Assembly: GCA_039180285.1 (NCBI GenBank)
Contig: JBCDDN010000001.1
Location: forward strand, 19,922 to 83,921
Length of the DNA stretch: 64,000 nt
Origin: Pseudomonadota bacterium
Lineage (GTDB): Bacteria; Pseudomonadota; Alphaproteobacteria; Sphingomonadales; Sphingomonadaceae
Direction: 5' to 3'
Made by a program: the position numbers and the translations under genes. Below the pieces are notes generated by a model, which searched no databases, had not been told where the DNA came from, and was given only the letters and a program-made list of their open reading frames with translations. Below, piece after piece: positions 1 to 8,942 of this stretch (within the stretch, counting starts at the first letter, position 1; the number at the start of each line of letters is the position of its first letter).

Positions 1-1048
1 CGGCCACCGAGACGAGCGATCCCTCGCGAGTCAACGCGGCCGCGGTCTGTGCCAGCGCGACCGTAGCAGCGTCGAACGGCGACGTCTCGAACGCGCCCAG
101 CGGGCCGTTCCAAACCACCGTCCGACAGGTCTTAAGCACATCGGCGAGCGCCTCCGTCGCGGCTGGGCCGATATCGAGGATCATCTCGTCTGCGGCGACT
201 TCATGGACGTTGACCGTTCGCGTGGGCGAGTTGGTCGCGAATTCCTTCGCAACCACGACGTCATAGGGCAGATGCACAGTACAATCGGCGACGTCCGCCG
301 CTTCAAGAATCGCGATCGCCGTATCCGTGAGATCATGCTCGCACAGCGACTTGCCGACATCGACACCGCGCGCGGCAAGAAACGTGTTTGCCATCCCGCC
401 GCCGATGATCAGATGATCGACCTTCGAAACGAGATGTTCGAGCACAGCGAGCTTGGTCGAAACCTTTGCACCGCCGACCACGGCGGCCACCGGATGCTGC
501 GGCGCGCCGAGCGCCGACTCCAGCGCTTCGAGTTCGGCCTCCATCGCACGGCCGGCATAGGCCGGGAGATGATGCGTCAAACCCTCGGTCGACATGTGCG
601 CGCGGTGGGATACCGAAAAGGCGTCATTTACGTAGAAATCGCCGAACGACGCGATGGCTTTGGCCATTTGCGGATCGTTCTTCTCTTCGCCCGCAGCGAA
701 ACGCACATTCTCGATCACGACGATCGCGCCATCTAGCAGGTCGGCAATGGCATCACCCGACGGACGCTCCATAAAGGCGACATCCCGCCCGAGAACATCC
801 GCAAGCGCCGGTATCACCGGGCGCAGCGAGAATTCCGGCTTGTGCTCACCCTTCGGACGGCCGAAATGCGCAAGCAGAAGCACCTTGGCCCCGCCGTCCG
901 ACAGTTCGGTTATCGTCGGAACATGCGCCCGCAACCGAGTGTCGTCGGTCACGACGCCATCGGACATGGGAACGTTGAGATCGACGCGGACCAAAGCCGC
1001 TTGCCCGGCCACATCGCCGAGATCGTCGAGCGTCCGAAATGACGTCAT
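1..1048 (-). CDS. pgk: phosphoglycerate kinase (N-terminal ~349 codons; C-terminus lies left of the window)
   Basis: Own reverse-strand translation from ATG at 1048-1046: MTSFRTLDDLGDVAGQAALVRVDLNVPM...NDAFSVSHRAHMSTEG...AVVGGAKVSTKL, open to position 1. Absent from the ORF track because no stop lies in the window. Completes the tkt-gap-pgk order. Confidence 0.9.
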   Translation of the reverse strand, partial: MTSFRTLDDLGDVAGQAALVRVDLNVPMSDGVVTDDTRLRAHVPTITELSDGGAKVLLLAHFGRPKGEHKPEFSLRPVIPALADVLGRDVAFMERPSGDAIADLLDGAIVVIENVRFAAGEEKNDPQMAKAIASFGDFYVNDAFSVSHRAHMSTEGLTHHLPAYAGRAMEAELEALESALGAPQHPVAAVVGGAKVSTKLAVLEHLVSKVDHLIIGGGMANTFLAARGVDVGKSLCEHDLTDTAIAILEAADVADCTVHLPYDVVVAKEFATNSPTRTVNVHEVAADEMILDIGPAATEALADVLKTCRTVVWNGPLGAFETSPFDAATVALAQTAAALTREGSLVSVA

Positions 1049-1085
1049 GACGTCGGTCCCTTCTTTTGTGGCGGGATCTCGGGCC

Positions 1086-2093
1086 TTAGAGCAAACCCGC
1101 CATTACGCCGGCGGTATCGATCATGCGGTTGGAAAAACCCCATTCATTGTCGTACCAGCTGACGACGCGGGCAAGCTTGCCTTCGAGTACCGCCGTCTCA
1201 AGGCTGTCGATCGTCGAACTGGCCGGATAATGATTGAAATCCGACGACACGAGCGGCTGTTCGGTATAGTCGAGCACGCCGTTCATCGGTCCATCCGCCG
1301 CCGCTTTGAGTGCCGCGTTCAGCTCTTCGGCCGAGGTATCCCGGCCGGGTGTAAACACGAGATCGATGAGTGAAACATTGGGCGTCGGCACGCGCACCGA
1401 GCTACCGTCCAGCTTACCATTGAGTTCGGGCAGCACGAGGCCAACCGCCCGGGCAGCGCCGGTCGTCGTCGGAATCATGTTCTGCGCCCCGCCCCGCGCC
1501 CTGCGCATATCGGAATGCATCTGATCCAGCATGCGCTGATCATTGGTGTAGCTGTGGATCGTCGTCATGAAGCCGCGCTCGATACCGACGGTATCGTTGA
1601 GCACCTTTGCCACCGGAGCCAGGCAGTTGGTGGTACAGCTGGCGTTGGAGACGATCATGTCTTCGGCAGTCAAGCTGTCATGATTGACCCCGTAAACCAC
1701 CGTTTTGCTCACATTTTTCGCCGGTGCGGAAATCAATACGCGCTTGGCTCCGGCGCTCAAATGCGGCTCAGCGGCCTCGTGCGACTGAAAAAAGCCCGTA
1801 CATTCGAGAACGAGATCGACACCCATATCGCCGTGCGGCAGTTTGCCCGGCTCCCGCTCGGACGTGGCGACGAGCGTCTTGCCGTTGACGGTGATGCTGT
1901 CGTCACCGGCTGCGACCTCGCCCGAAAAGCGGCCATGTGTCGAGTCATATTGGAAGAGCAGCGCATTGGCTTTCGCATCGGCAAGATCGTTGATCGCAAC
2001 CAGTTCGAGATCGTGATCGTCGCGCTCCAGAATGGCGCGGGCAACCAGCCGCCCGATCCGTCCGAAACCATTAATCGCTACTTTGACAGCCAT
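1086..2093 (-). CDS. gap: glyceraldehyde-3-phosphate dehydrogenase
   Basis: 335-aa ORF. N-terminal NAD fold INGFGRIGR and active-site SNASCTTNCLAP. Confidence 0.95.
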   Translation of the reverse strand: MAVKVAINGFGRIGRLVARAILERDDHDLELVAINDLADAKANALLFQYDSTHGRFSGEVAAGDDSITVNGKTLVATSEREPGKLPHGDMGVDLVLECTGFFQSHEAAEPHLSAGAKRVLISAPAKNVSKTVVYGVNHDSLTAEDMIVSNASCTTNCLAPVAKVLNDTVGIERGFMTTIHSYTNDQRMLDQMHSDMRRARGGAQNMIPTTTGAARAVGLVLPELNGKLDGSSVRVPTPNVSLIDLVFTPGRDTSAEELNAALKAAADGPMNGVLDYTEQPLVSSDFNHYPASSTIDSLETAVLEGKLARVVSWYDNEWGFSNRMIDTAGVMAGLL

Positions 2094-2107
2094 GGAACGT
2101 GTCTCCC

Positions 2108-4081
2108 TTAACTTTTGAGTCCGGACAGGATCTGCGGTGTGATAGCCGCTTCCGTCAGTCCGAAATATTCAAACAACCTGTTCGCCGGTGCAGAGCCGCC
2201 GAAACGGTCGATGCCGAAATTCAGTCCATCGAGGCCGGTATAGCGTTCCCAGCCGAAAGTCGCCCCCGCTTCGATCGAAACGCGCAGCACATTTTCTTCG
2301 CTACCCAGAATATCGGCTTTGTAGGCTTCGTCCTGGGCGTCGAAAAGTTCCCAGCAGGGCATCGAAACGACATCCACGCCAATTCTTTTTGCTTCGAGCT
2401 TATCGGCGACCTCCGCGGCCAGGTGCACCTCGGATCCTGTGGCCAGCAAAATGACCTTCCGGTCATTCTCGGCCGCCCGCAGCCGATAAGCACCCTTCTC
2501 ACAGAGATTTTCGCTGACATCGGTGCGCATCGGCGGAAGGCCTTGGCGAGTTAACGCATGCAAAGACGGCCCGTCCTTGCGCTTCAGCGACAGAGCCCAG
2601 CATTCTGCCGTCTCGATCGCGTCGCACGGTCGGTAGACATGAAGATTGGGCATGGCCCGCAAACTGGCAAGATGCTCGATCGGCTGATGGGTCGGGCCAT
2701 CTTCGCCCAGCCCGATCGAATCATGCGTCATGACATAGATTGCCCGCACCTGCTGGAGCGCGGACAGCCGGATAGCAGGTCGGCAATAATCGGAAAAAAT
2801 GAGAAACGTGCCGCCATAGGGGATCACGCCGCCGTGAAGCGCCATGCCGTTCATCGCCGCCGCCATGCCGAATTCGCGGATGCCATAATAGATATAGCGG
2901 CCGCCATAACTGTCTTTGGTCAGTGGGTCGGTGGCCCCGGTCTTCGTATTGTTCGATCCGGTGAGGTCAGCGGAACCGCCGATCGTATCCGGCAAAGCCT
3001 TGTTTATCGCGGTCAGCGCCATCTCCGAAGCCTTGCGCGTCGCAACCTTGGGTGGCTCGGCGGCGAGCGATTCAAGATAGTCCTGCATCGCATTGCCATC
3101 CGGCAGGTTGCCGGCAATTCTACGCTCAAATTCTGCTTTATCTGAGTGACTTGAAAGGCGATCATTCCACTCGGCTTGAAGATCGATGGACCGGCTTCCG
3201 GCCTCCTGCCACGCCTCGCCGATCTCGGGAGGAATGAGAAACGGCGCCGCATCCCATCCCAGCTCCTTGCGCGCACCGGCAATCTCGTCTTCGCCAAGCG
3301 GCGCGCCATGTGTCGCGGCGGTTCCCTGCTTGCTCGGCGCGCCGTAACCGATCACCGTCTTGCAGGCGATCAGCGACGGCCGCGGATCGGCCAGCGCCTC
3401 TTCGATGGCGAACCGGATCGCGTCCGGATCATGGCCATTGCATTGCGTCACATGCCAGCCCGCGGCCTCGTAGCGCGCGGGAATATCCTCGCTCGACGAC
3501 AAATCCGTGCCGCCATCGATCGTAATGTCGTTATCGTCCCAGAACGTGATGAGCCGGCCGAGCCGCAAATGCCCTGCCAGGCCGATCGCCTCATGGTTGA
3601 TGCCTTCCATCAGGCAGCCATCACCAGCAATCACCCAGGTCCGGTGATCGACCAGATCGTCGCCGAAATGCGCATTCAAATGGCGCTCCGCGATCGCCAT
3701 GCCGACTGCCATAGCGAGTCCTTGCCCGAGCGGTCCGGTCGTGGCTTCGACGCCTGGCAGAAGGAAATTTTCCGGATGGCCCGCACAGGGGCTCCCCAGC
3801 TGGCGGAAGTGCTTGATTTCATCCATCGTAGGTCGTGCATATCCGGTGAGATGGAGCAGCGAATAGATGAGCATCGAGCCATGGCCAGCCGACAGAACGA
3901 ATCTATCTCTATCAAACCAATCAGGGTCTTGAGGATTATATTTAAGATATTTTGTGAACAGAACGGTCGCCACATCCGCCATGCCCATCGGCATTCCCGG
4001 GTGACCGGAATTGGCTTCCTGGACCGCATCCATCGACAGGGCGCGGATGGCATTGGCAAGTTGGATGTGGGTGACGGTCAT
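2108..4081 (-). CDS. tkt: transketolase
   Basis: 657-aa ORF. Has ALSMDAVQEANSGHPGMPMGMADVA and GDGCLMEGI thiamine-diphosphate motifs. Immediately upstream of gap. Confidence 0.95.
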   Translation of the reverse strand: MTVTHIQLANAIRALSMDAVQEANSGHPGMPMGMADVATVLFTKYLKYNPQDPDWFDRDRFVLSAGHGSMLIYSLLHLTGYARPTMDEIKHFRQLGSPCAGHPENFLLPGVEATTGPLGQGLAMAVGMAIAERHLNAHFGDDLVDHRTWVIAGDGCLMEGINHEAIGLAGHLRLGRLITFWDDNDITIDGGTDLSSSEDIPARYEAAGWHVTQCNGHDPDAIRFAIEEALADPRPSLIACKTVIGYGAPSKQGTAATHGAPLGEDEIAGARKELGWDAAPFLIPPEIGEAWQEAGSRSIDLQAEWNDRLSSHSDKAEFERRIAGNLPDGNAMQDYLESLAAEPPKVATRKASEMALTAINKALPDTIGGSADLTGSNNTKTGATDPLTKDSYGGRYIYYGIREFGMAAAMNGMALHGGVIPYGGTFLIFSDYCRPAIRLSALQQVRAIYVMTHDSIGLGEDGPTHQPIEHLASLRAMPNLHVYRPCDAIETAECWALSLKRKDGPSLHALTRQGLPPMRTDVSENLCEKGAYRLRAAENDRKVILLATGSEVHLAAEVADKLEAKRIGVDVVSMPCWELFDAQDEAYKADILGSEENVLRVSIEAGATFGWERYTGLDGLNFGIDRFGGSAPANRLFEYFGLTEAAITPQILSGLKS

Positions 4082-4238
4082 ACGGTTTCCCCTGTTCGGG
4101 CCATTCCGGCTCCTCGGTCGGCCGGGAGACGGCCCAGCGAGTCGTGAGCGCGCGCGACCACTTGGAATGTCGTGCGGTTATCGTCAACCATCGCGCCCAC
4201 AGACTTGCCGGGAACGGCTTTCCTGCTATGCACGGCGC

Positions 4239-4658
4239 ATGGACAATGATCGCCTCGCCCGCGCAATTGCTAGGATTGAGGAAGCGACCGCCCGGATCGG
4301 CGACGCAAGGCCTCAATCCGCCCCCGCCGTCGATCAGAGCACCGAAAATGCGCTCAAAGCCGAACTCGAATCGATAAAAGCCGCGCATAAGGTGACGCTT
4401 GAGGATCGCGACCGCACAATCGCCAAATTGCGTGCGGATTTCGCCGATATCGGTAAACTCAAGGACGAGGAGATTGAACGGTTGCGCGCCGATCTTGCCG
4501 CGCGCGATACAGCCGAGACGACGACCGAGAAAACGGTACCGGACGCCGCTTTCCAAGCGTTGCAGCACAAATATGACGGCCTGCGCGCCGTCGCCGAAAC
4601 CGCGCTCGCCGATCTCGACGGGCTGATCGCCAAGGCGGAGCGCGCGGAAAATGGCTGA
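4239..4658 (+). CDS. coiled-coil protein upstream of zapA (DUF4164 / ZauP-like)
   Basis: Track ORF 4011-4658 trimmed to ATG 4239 (MDNDRLARAIARIEEA...), because the 5' extension overlaps the tkt start region. Charged heptad-like sequence. Its stop overlaps the zapA start, as for the Caulobacter gene pair. Confidence 0.6.
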   Translation: MDNDRLARAIARIEEATARIGDARPQSAPAVDQSTENALKAELESIKAAHKVTLEDRDRTIAKLRADFADIGKLKDEEIERLRADLAARDTAETTTEKTVPDAAFQALQHKYDGLRAVAETALADLDGLIAKAERAENG

Positions 4659-4956
4659 AGTCACGCTGACCATCGCCGGACACAGCTATACTGTCGCCTG
4701 TCGCGACGGCGAAGAAGAACGGTTGAAAGCGCTCAGTCAAATGGTCGACGCGAAAACCGCCGATGCGCAGAAGGCGGTGGGCGGCAACCTTGGAGAAGCC
4801 CGGATATTGCTATTCGCGGCCTTGCTGCTTGCCGACGAAGTCGACGAGTTGCGCACCAGCGGCGTGCCTGACGGGGCGATCGAGGATCTTGAGAAGCTGG
4901 CCGACCGGCTTACCGTCATCGGCGACCGTCTTGCTTCAGACAGCCGGGCAACCTAG
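4651..4956 (+). CDS. zapA: cell division protein ZapA
   Basis: 101 aa, MAEVTLTIAGHSYTVACRDGEEERLKALSQMVD..., the typical ZapA N-terminal pattern. Sits in the conserved position before the 6S RNA / 5-FCL locus. Confidence 0.8.
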   Translation: MAEVTLTIAGHSYTVACRDGEEERLKALSQMVDAKTADAQKAVGGNLGEARILLFAALLLADEVDELRTSGVPDGAIEDLEKLADRLTVIGDRLASDSRAT

Positions 4957-4961
4957 ATCGG

Positions 4962-5120
4962 AGATGGCGGGCGCTGCCCGGTACGCGCCTTTGCGAATAT
5001 CCCTGAGGCGATACAACATCCAAGGGAGCTGTCCCTGTCCGGATTGCGGGATTTGAAATAGAGTCCGGGTCCGGTGCATATGGCGCCCACCTGACGTTAT
5101 TGGCGTCAGAGGATTTTCGG
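4962..5120 (+). ncRNA. ssrS: candidate 6S RNA (ends approximate)
   Basis: About 200 nt of non-coding sequence between zapA and the 5-formyl-THF cyclo-ligase gene, the conserved ssrS position. GGCGGGCGC (4966-4974) can pair with GCGCCCACC (5083-5091), and TGCCCGG (4975-4981) with CCGGTGCA (5071-5078), giving a long closing helix around internal hairpins. A CTGACG/CGTCAG hairpin plus a U-rich run lies at 5092-5118. Confidence 0.45.
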
Positions 5121-5162
5121 GTAAACGGCCATGGCGGCCCCGCCACCCGAGCAGGCGAAATC

Positions 5163-5732
5163 ATGACGAAAACCGAATTGCGATTATGCTTTAAGAAAGC
5201 ACGGCAAGATTTTGTTTTATCAAGTAATAATGAAAGTATTTGCTCGTGCAAGCAAACGCTGTCCGAGCATATCCTGAATGCCGATATCATAAACGGCACG
5301 ATCGGCGGTTATGCTGCCATGACGTCAGAATTAGATCCCTCGAAACTGATCGAAATATGCCGCGAAAGGGGTCATCGGATTGCCCTGCCTTATTTTGAGA
5401 ATAGAGACAGCGCCATGCGATATCGGCAATGGGACGACGCGTCTTTCGAACATGGCCCCTTCGGAATTCGTCAACCGACTACGAAATGCAAAACGATCGA
5501 GCCGGACACGCTGTTGATACCGCTCGTCGCAGTGGACTTGAAAGGCAACCGATTGGGTCAAGGCCAGGGGCATTATGACCGCATTCTCGCCAGATTTCGC
5601 GCAGAAAGGCCCATCACAGCCATTGGTGTCGCCTGGACCTGCCAGATCGCCGACCGGATTCCGGTCGACCCGTGGGACGAACCGCTCGATTACATTGCCA
5701 CTCCGGACCGAATCATTAAGGTGAAGTCATGA
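5163..5732 (+). CDS. 5-formyltetrahydrofolate cyclo-ligase
   Basis: Track ORF trimmed to ATG 5163 (MTKTELRLCFKKAR). C-terminal LIPLVAVDLKGNRLGQGQGHYDR motif typical of the family. Confidence 0.85.
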   Translation: MTKTELRLCFKKARQDFVLSSNNESICSCKQTLSEHILNADIINGTIGGYAAMTSELDPSKLIEICRERGHRIALPYFENRDSAMRYRQWDDASFEHGPFGIRQPTTKCKTIEPDTLLIPLVAVDLKGNRLGQGQGHYDRILARFRAERPITAIGVAWTCQIADRIPVDPWDEPLDYIATPDRIIKVKS

Positions 5733-5926
5733 AGCCAAGCTGGCGCAAACCCTTCGGAACATTCGTCATAATCGGAATTATCGTGATCTGGGCGATCATC
5801 GTGGCCAGCGCATCGGGGCCGATCGGTACGCTGCCGGCATTGATCCAAGCACCGATCTACCTAGCGGCCGGAATCGTCTGGATCCTGCCGCTCAAACCGC
5901 TTTTGATGTGGATGGAAACTGGAAAA

Positions 5927-5938
<12 letters not shown>
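5729..5938 (+). CDS. small two-TM membrane protein (DUF2842-like)
   Basis: 69 aa with two hydrophobic helices. ATGA overlap with the upstream stop. Its 3' end overlaps the tRNA-Asp 3' end by 12 nt. Confidence 0.55.
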
Positions 5939-6003
<65 letters not shown>

Positions 6004-6022
6004 ATAGGCGTTGAAGACGCGC

Positions 6023-6051
6023 GAGTTAGGGGAGCCGCTTAGCCCTGTCAA
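6023..6051 (-). promoter_or_regulatory. candidate sigma70-type promoter for tRNA-Asp
   Basis: On the minus strand: TTGACA (6051-6046), a 17-nt spacer, then TAACTC (6028-6023). This is about 20 nt upstream of the mature tRNA 5' end. Confidence 0.4.
6029..6043. repeat. 15-nt direct repeat GGGGAGCCGCTTAGC, copy 1
   Basis: Exact 15-mer also present at 14600-14614 (18 of 20 identical when extended leftward). Each copy lies just upstream of a minus-strand tRNA gene. Confidence 0.8.
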
Positions 6052-6287
6052 GCGAAGTTGCACGGCGCGGTACGCACCCCGCGCAGGCGCATCCAAATAT
6101 TTACGCTTTATTTACTATTGGCAAATGTTTTACCCTAATATCCGTGCGATCGACGCGAATATATCTCGCAAAACCCCATTTTCAGACGAACCTACCCAAA
6201 ATAGCCCCGGCTTTTTTACCGCTTATTAGAGTTAATTGCTCATGTAGGCCCCGTAAGTGATTTTTTCATCCGCGGGGGATGCCTTAA

Positions 6288-7286
6288 ATGTTGCCTATTC
6301 GGCACCGATACAGATCGCGCTTAGCGGGGCGTTTTTCGCTCTGCCTGGCCATGCTGTCGTCTGTTCTGATTGCACCGACCGCCCATGCTGCCGGTACGCT
6401 GGCCGGCACGCCGATCGAGAATACGGCAACGGCAACCTATGACGAGGGCGGCACGACGATCACGGTCGATTCCAATACGGTTTCGCTGATCGTCGACGAA
6501 ATTCTCGACATCGCCGTTTCGTCCGCCAATCCCGGTGACGTCACCGCAAGTCCTGATGAAGACGATGTCGTTCTGAGCTTCACGGTTACGAACGGTGGCA
6601 ATGGACCCGAGCCCGTGCTGCTGACGATCGATCCGAATATCGGCGGCGACGATTTCGACCCTGACACCGTGACTCTTTATATAGATACCGACGGCAACGG
6701 CAGTTACGATGCCGGAACCGACACGCTATATAGCGCCTCGACACCGCCGACCTTCGATCCCGACCAAACGATCACCGTTTTCGTTTTGGGCGATATGCCG
6801 ACCGCTGCGGATGGCGATCGCAGCGAAGTCGGACTCACCGGCACGGCAGCGACAGGAAGCGGGACACCGGGCACGGTTTTTGCCGGTCAAGGCGAGAGTG
6901 GCGGCAATGCCGTTGTCGGCGCAACCAGCGCAACGGCCAGCGATAGCGGTTTTTACGCGATCGTCGATGCCGATCTCGATCTCACCAAGACCGCGACGGT
7001 CGCCGATCCCTTCGGCGGGACGAGCCAGATCCCCGGTGCAACGATCACCTATCGGCTAACGGCCGAAGCTACCGGTTCGGGATCGCTCGACAACGTCGTC
7101 ATCTCGGACGCGATCCCCGCCGACACGACTTATGTCGACGACAGCATCACCCTGGATGGGACCGCGCTCACCGATAATTCCGATGCCGATGCTGGCGAAT
7201 TCGACGGCACGGGTATCTCCGTAGCGCTGGGTACGGTTACCGGTGGAGGCACTAATATCATTGAATTTCAAGTCGTTATCGACTGA
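6288..7286 (+). CDS. secreted two-domain DUF11 (TIGR01451 conserved-repeat) protein, putative fibre subunit
   Basis: 332 aa. Signal peptide ...LIAPTAHA|AG. C-terminal DUF11 module DLDLTKTATVADPFGGTSQIPGATITYRLTAEATGSGSLDNVVISDAIPADTTYV...IIEFQVVID-stop. Paralogous to 7840-8931. Confidence 0.8.
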   Translation: MLPIRHRYRSRLAGRFSLCLAMLSSVLIAPTAHAAGTLAGTPIENTATATYDEGGTTITVDSNTVSLIVDEILDIAVSSANPGDVTASPDEDDVVLSFTVTNGGNGPEPVLLTIDPNIGGDDFDPDTVTLYIDTDGNGSYDAGTDTLYSASTPPTFDPDQTITVFVLGDMPTAADGDRSEVGLTGTAATGSGTPGTVFAGQGESGGNAVVGATSATASDSGFYAIVDADLDLTKTATVADPFGGTSQIPGATITYRLTAEATGSGSLDNVVISDAIPADTTYVDDSITLDGTALTDNSDADAGEFDGTGISVALGTVTGGGTNIIEFQVVID

Positions 7287-7292
7287 CGGAGA

Positions 7293-7760
7293 ATGAGCAT
7301 GAAGTATCTTATCGCACTATTCGCGCTGATCGCGCCGACCAGCGCCGTGATGGCCAATCAGGTCGCGCTGGACAGCGAGGTTTTTGTGGAGCGCAGCGAA
7401 GAGCAGGCGGACGGCAGCGTCACGGTCACGCTCGACGAGCCCAACCGGGTCATTCCGGGCGATACACTGGTTTTCGTGCTCACCTACGAGAATACCGGCG
7501 CGGAACCGGCCGAAAATTTCGTCGTGACGAATCCGATGCCCGATGCAGTGGCCTTTGTCGAAGCGATCGACGGCGGTGCTGTCTATTCGGTGGATTACGG
7601 CACGACCTTCGGCTCGCTGGCCGATCTCAGAGTCTTTGGCGAAGGCGGCGTCCAGCGCGATGCTCAAGCTGTCGATGTCACACATATTCGCTGGACGCTG
7701 ACCGAGCCGATCCCGGTCGGCGCGACCGGACAACTCAGATTTCGCGGCGTCGTCAGATAG
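7293..7760 (+). CDS. small secreted single-domain DUF11-like protein
   Basis: 155 aa. Signal peptide ...PTSAVMA|NQ. One Ig-like module (VIPGDTLVFVLTYENTGAEPAENFVVTNPMPDAVAFV...GQLRFRGVVR-stop). Starts 6 nt after the previous stop and has a GGAGA Shine-Dalgarno sequence. Confidence 0.7.
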   Translation: MSMKYLIALFALIAPTSAVMANQVALDSEVFVERSEEQADGSVTVTLDEPNRVIPGDTLVFVLTYENTGAEPAENFVVTNPMPDAVAFVEAIDGGAVYSVDYGTTFGSLADLRVFGEGGVQRDAQAVDVTHIRWTLTEPIPVGATGQLRFRGVVR

Positions 7761-7839
7761 CCGCGAGTGAAACCGCCAACATGTGCCTGCGGACCGGGGG
7801 GTGAAAGGCACTGAAGACGACAGAATTAGGACTAGGACA

Positions 7840-8931
7840 ATGAAAAGCATGACGAAATATCTCGTCTCTGTCAGCGGTGTAACGCTTGCGGCCTTGGCTG
7901 CGAGCCCCAGCTTTGCGCAAAACACCGCCGCCGGATCGAGCATCACGAATACGGTCACAGTCGGTTATCAAGTCGGTGGTGTTGCTCAAAATGATATCAC
8001 TGCATCCGATACGCTGACGGTTGATCGTGCCGTCAATATAGTTGTCGCCGAACTCGGCAATGCGACCACATCGGTTTCACCTGGCGAGCAGGACGCCGTG
8101 ACGACTTTCGAAGTCACCAATGAAACAAACGATTTTATCGATATTTCTTTGGCGGTATCCCAGATCGTTGGAGGAACAGCTGCCCATGGCGGCACTGATA
8201 GCTTCAACGTAGCCAACGTTGAAATCTATGTCGATGACGGCAATGGCAGCTTTGATCCAGGCGATACGCCCGTCACATTCCTCGATGAGATGGGTAATGG
8301 CGAAACGCGGCGCGTTTTTGTCGTGGCGGACGTCCCGTTAGGCCTCGCGACCGGCGATGTTGCGGATGTCGAGCTGACCGGTACAGCCCGAGAGGGCAAT
8401 GGCGGCACAACAGGTGCGCTGGGCGGCGTGATCTCCGTAGCCAGCAGCAACACGGCCGGCGAAGATACCATTTTTGCCGACAGCGATGGCGTTTTCGACG
8501 GAATCGCATTCGACGACGATGATTACACAGTGCAGGCCGCAGCGCTCTCGGCGCTTAAGGGCAGTACCGTGCTTGCCGTCAACTATCCGATCACCGGAGC
8601 CACGGAATTCTACAACATTCCGGGTGCAACGGTCGAATATTGCATCGCCGTGAGCAACGCCGCGGGCGGTGCCGCCGCGACCAATGTCGCGATTTCGGAC
8701 ACGCTGCCGGCCAACACGACCTTCGTCGGTTCGTCGATCGTGATCGGCGGAACCGCGACGATCGACGATGGCGGCACGCCCGGCAATACCGCGGACGATA
8801 CGCTGACCAGCTGCGACAATAGCGGCGGTTCGGCCGGCGGCACGTTCGCGGCCGGCACGGTTTCGGCAACTATCGGCACGGTTGCGGCCGGCGCGACCGA
8901 GATCGTGACCTTCCGGGCAACGATCGACTAA
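7840..8931 (+). CDS. secreted two-domain DUF11 protein, paralogue of 6288-7286
   Basis: Track ORF trimmed to ATG 7840 (MKSMTKYLVSVSGVTLAALAASPSFA|QN). Same architecture as 6288-7286 and same ending (...TEIVTFRATID-stop). Confidence 0.8.
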   Translation: MKSMTKYLVSVSGVTLAALAASPSFAQNTAAGSSITNTVTVGYQVGGVAQNDITASDTLTVDRAVNIVVAELGNATTSVSPGEQDAVTTFEVTNETNDFIDISLAVSQIVGGTAAHGGTDSFNVANVEIYVDDGNGSFDPGDTPVTFLDEMGNGETRRVFVVADVPLGLATGDVADVELTGTAREGNGGTTGALGGVISVASSNTAGEDTIFADSDGVFDGIAFDDDDYTVQAAALSALKGSTVLAVNYPITGATEFYNIPGATVEYCIAVSNAAGGAAATNVAISDTLPANTTFVGSSIVIGGTATIDDGGTPGNTADDTLTSCDNSGGSAGGTFAAGTVSATIGTVAAGATEIVTFRATID

Positions 8932-8942
8932 GCGGATTGAGC

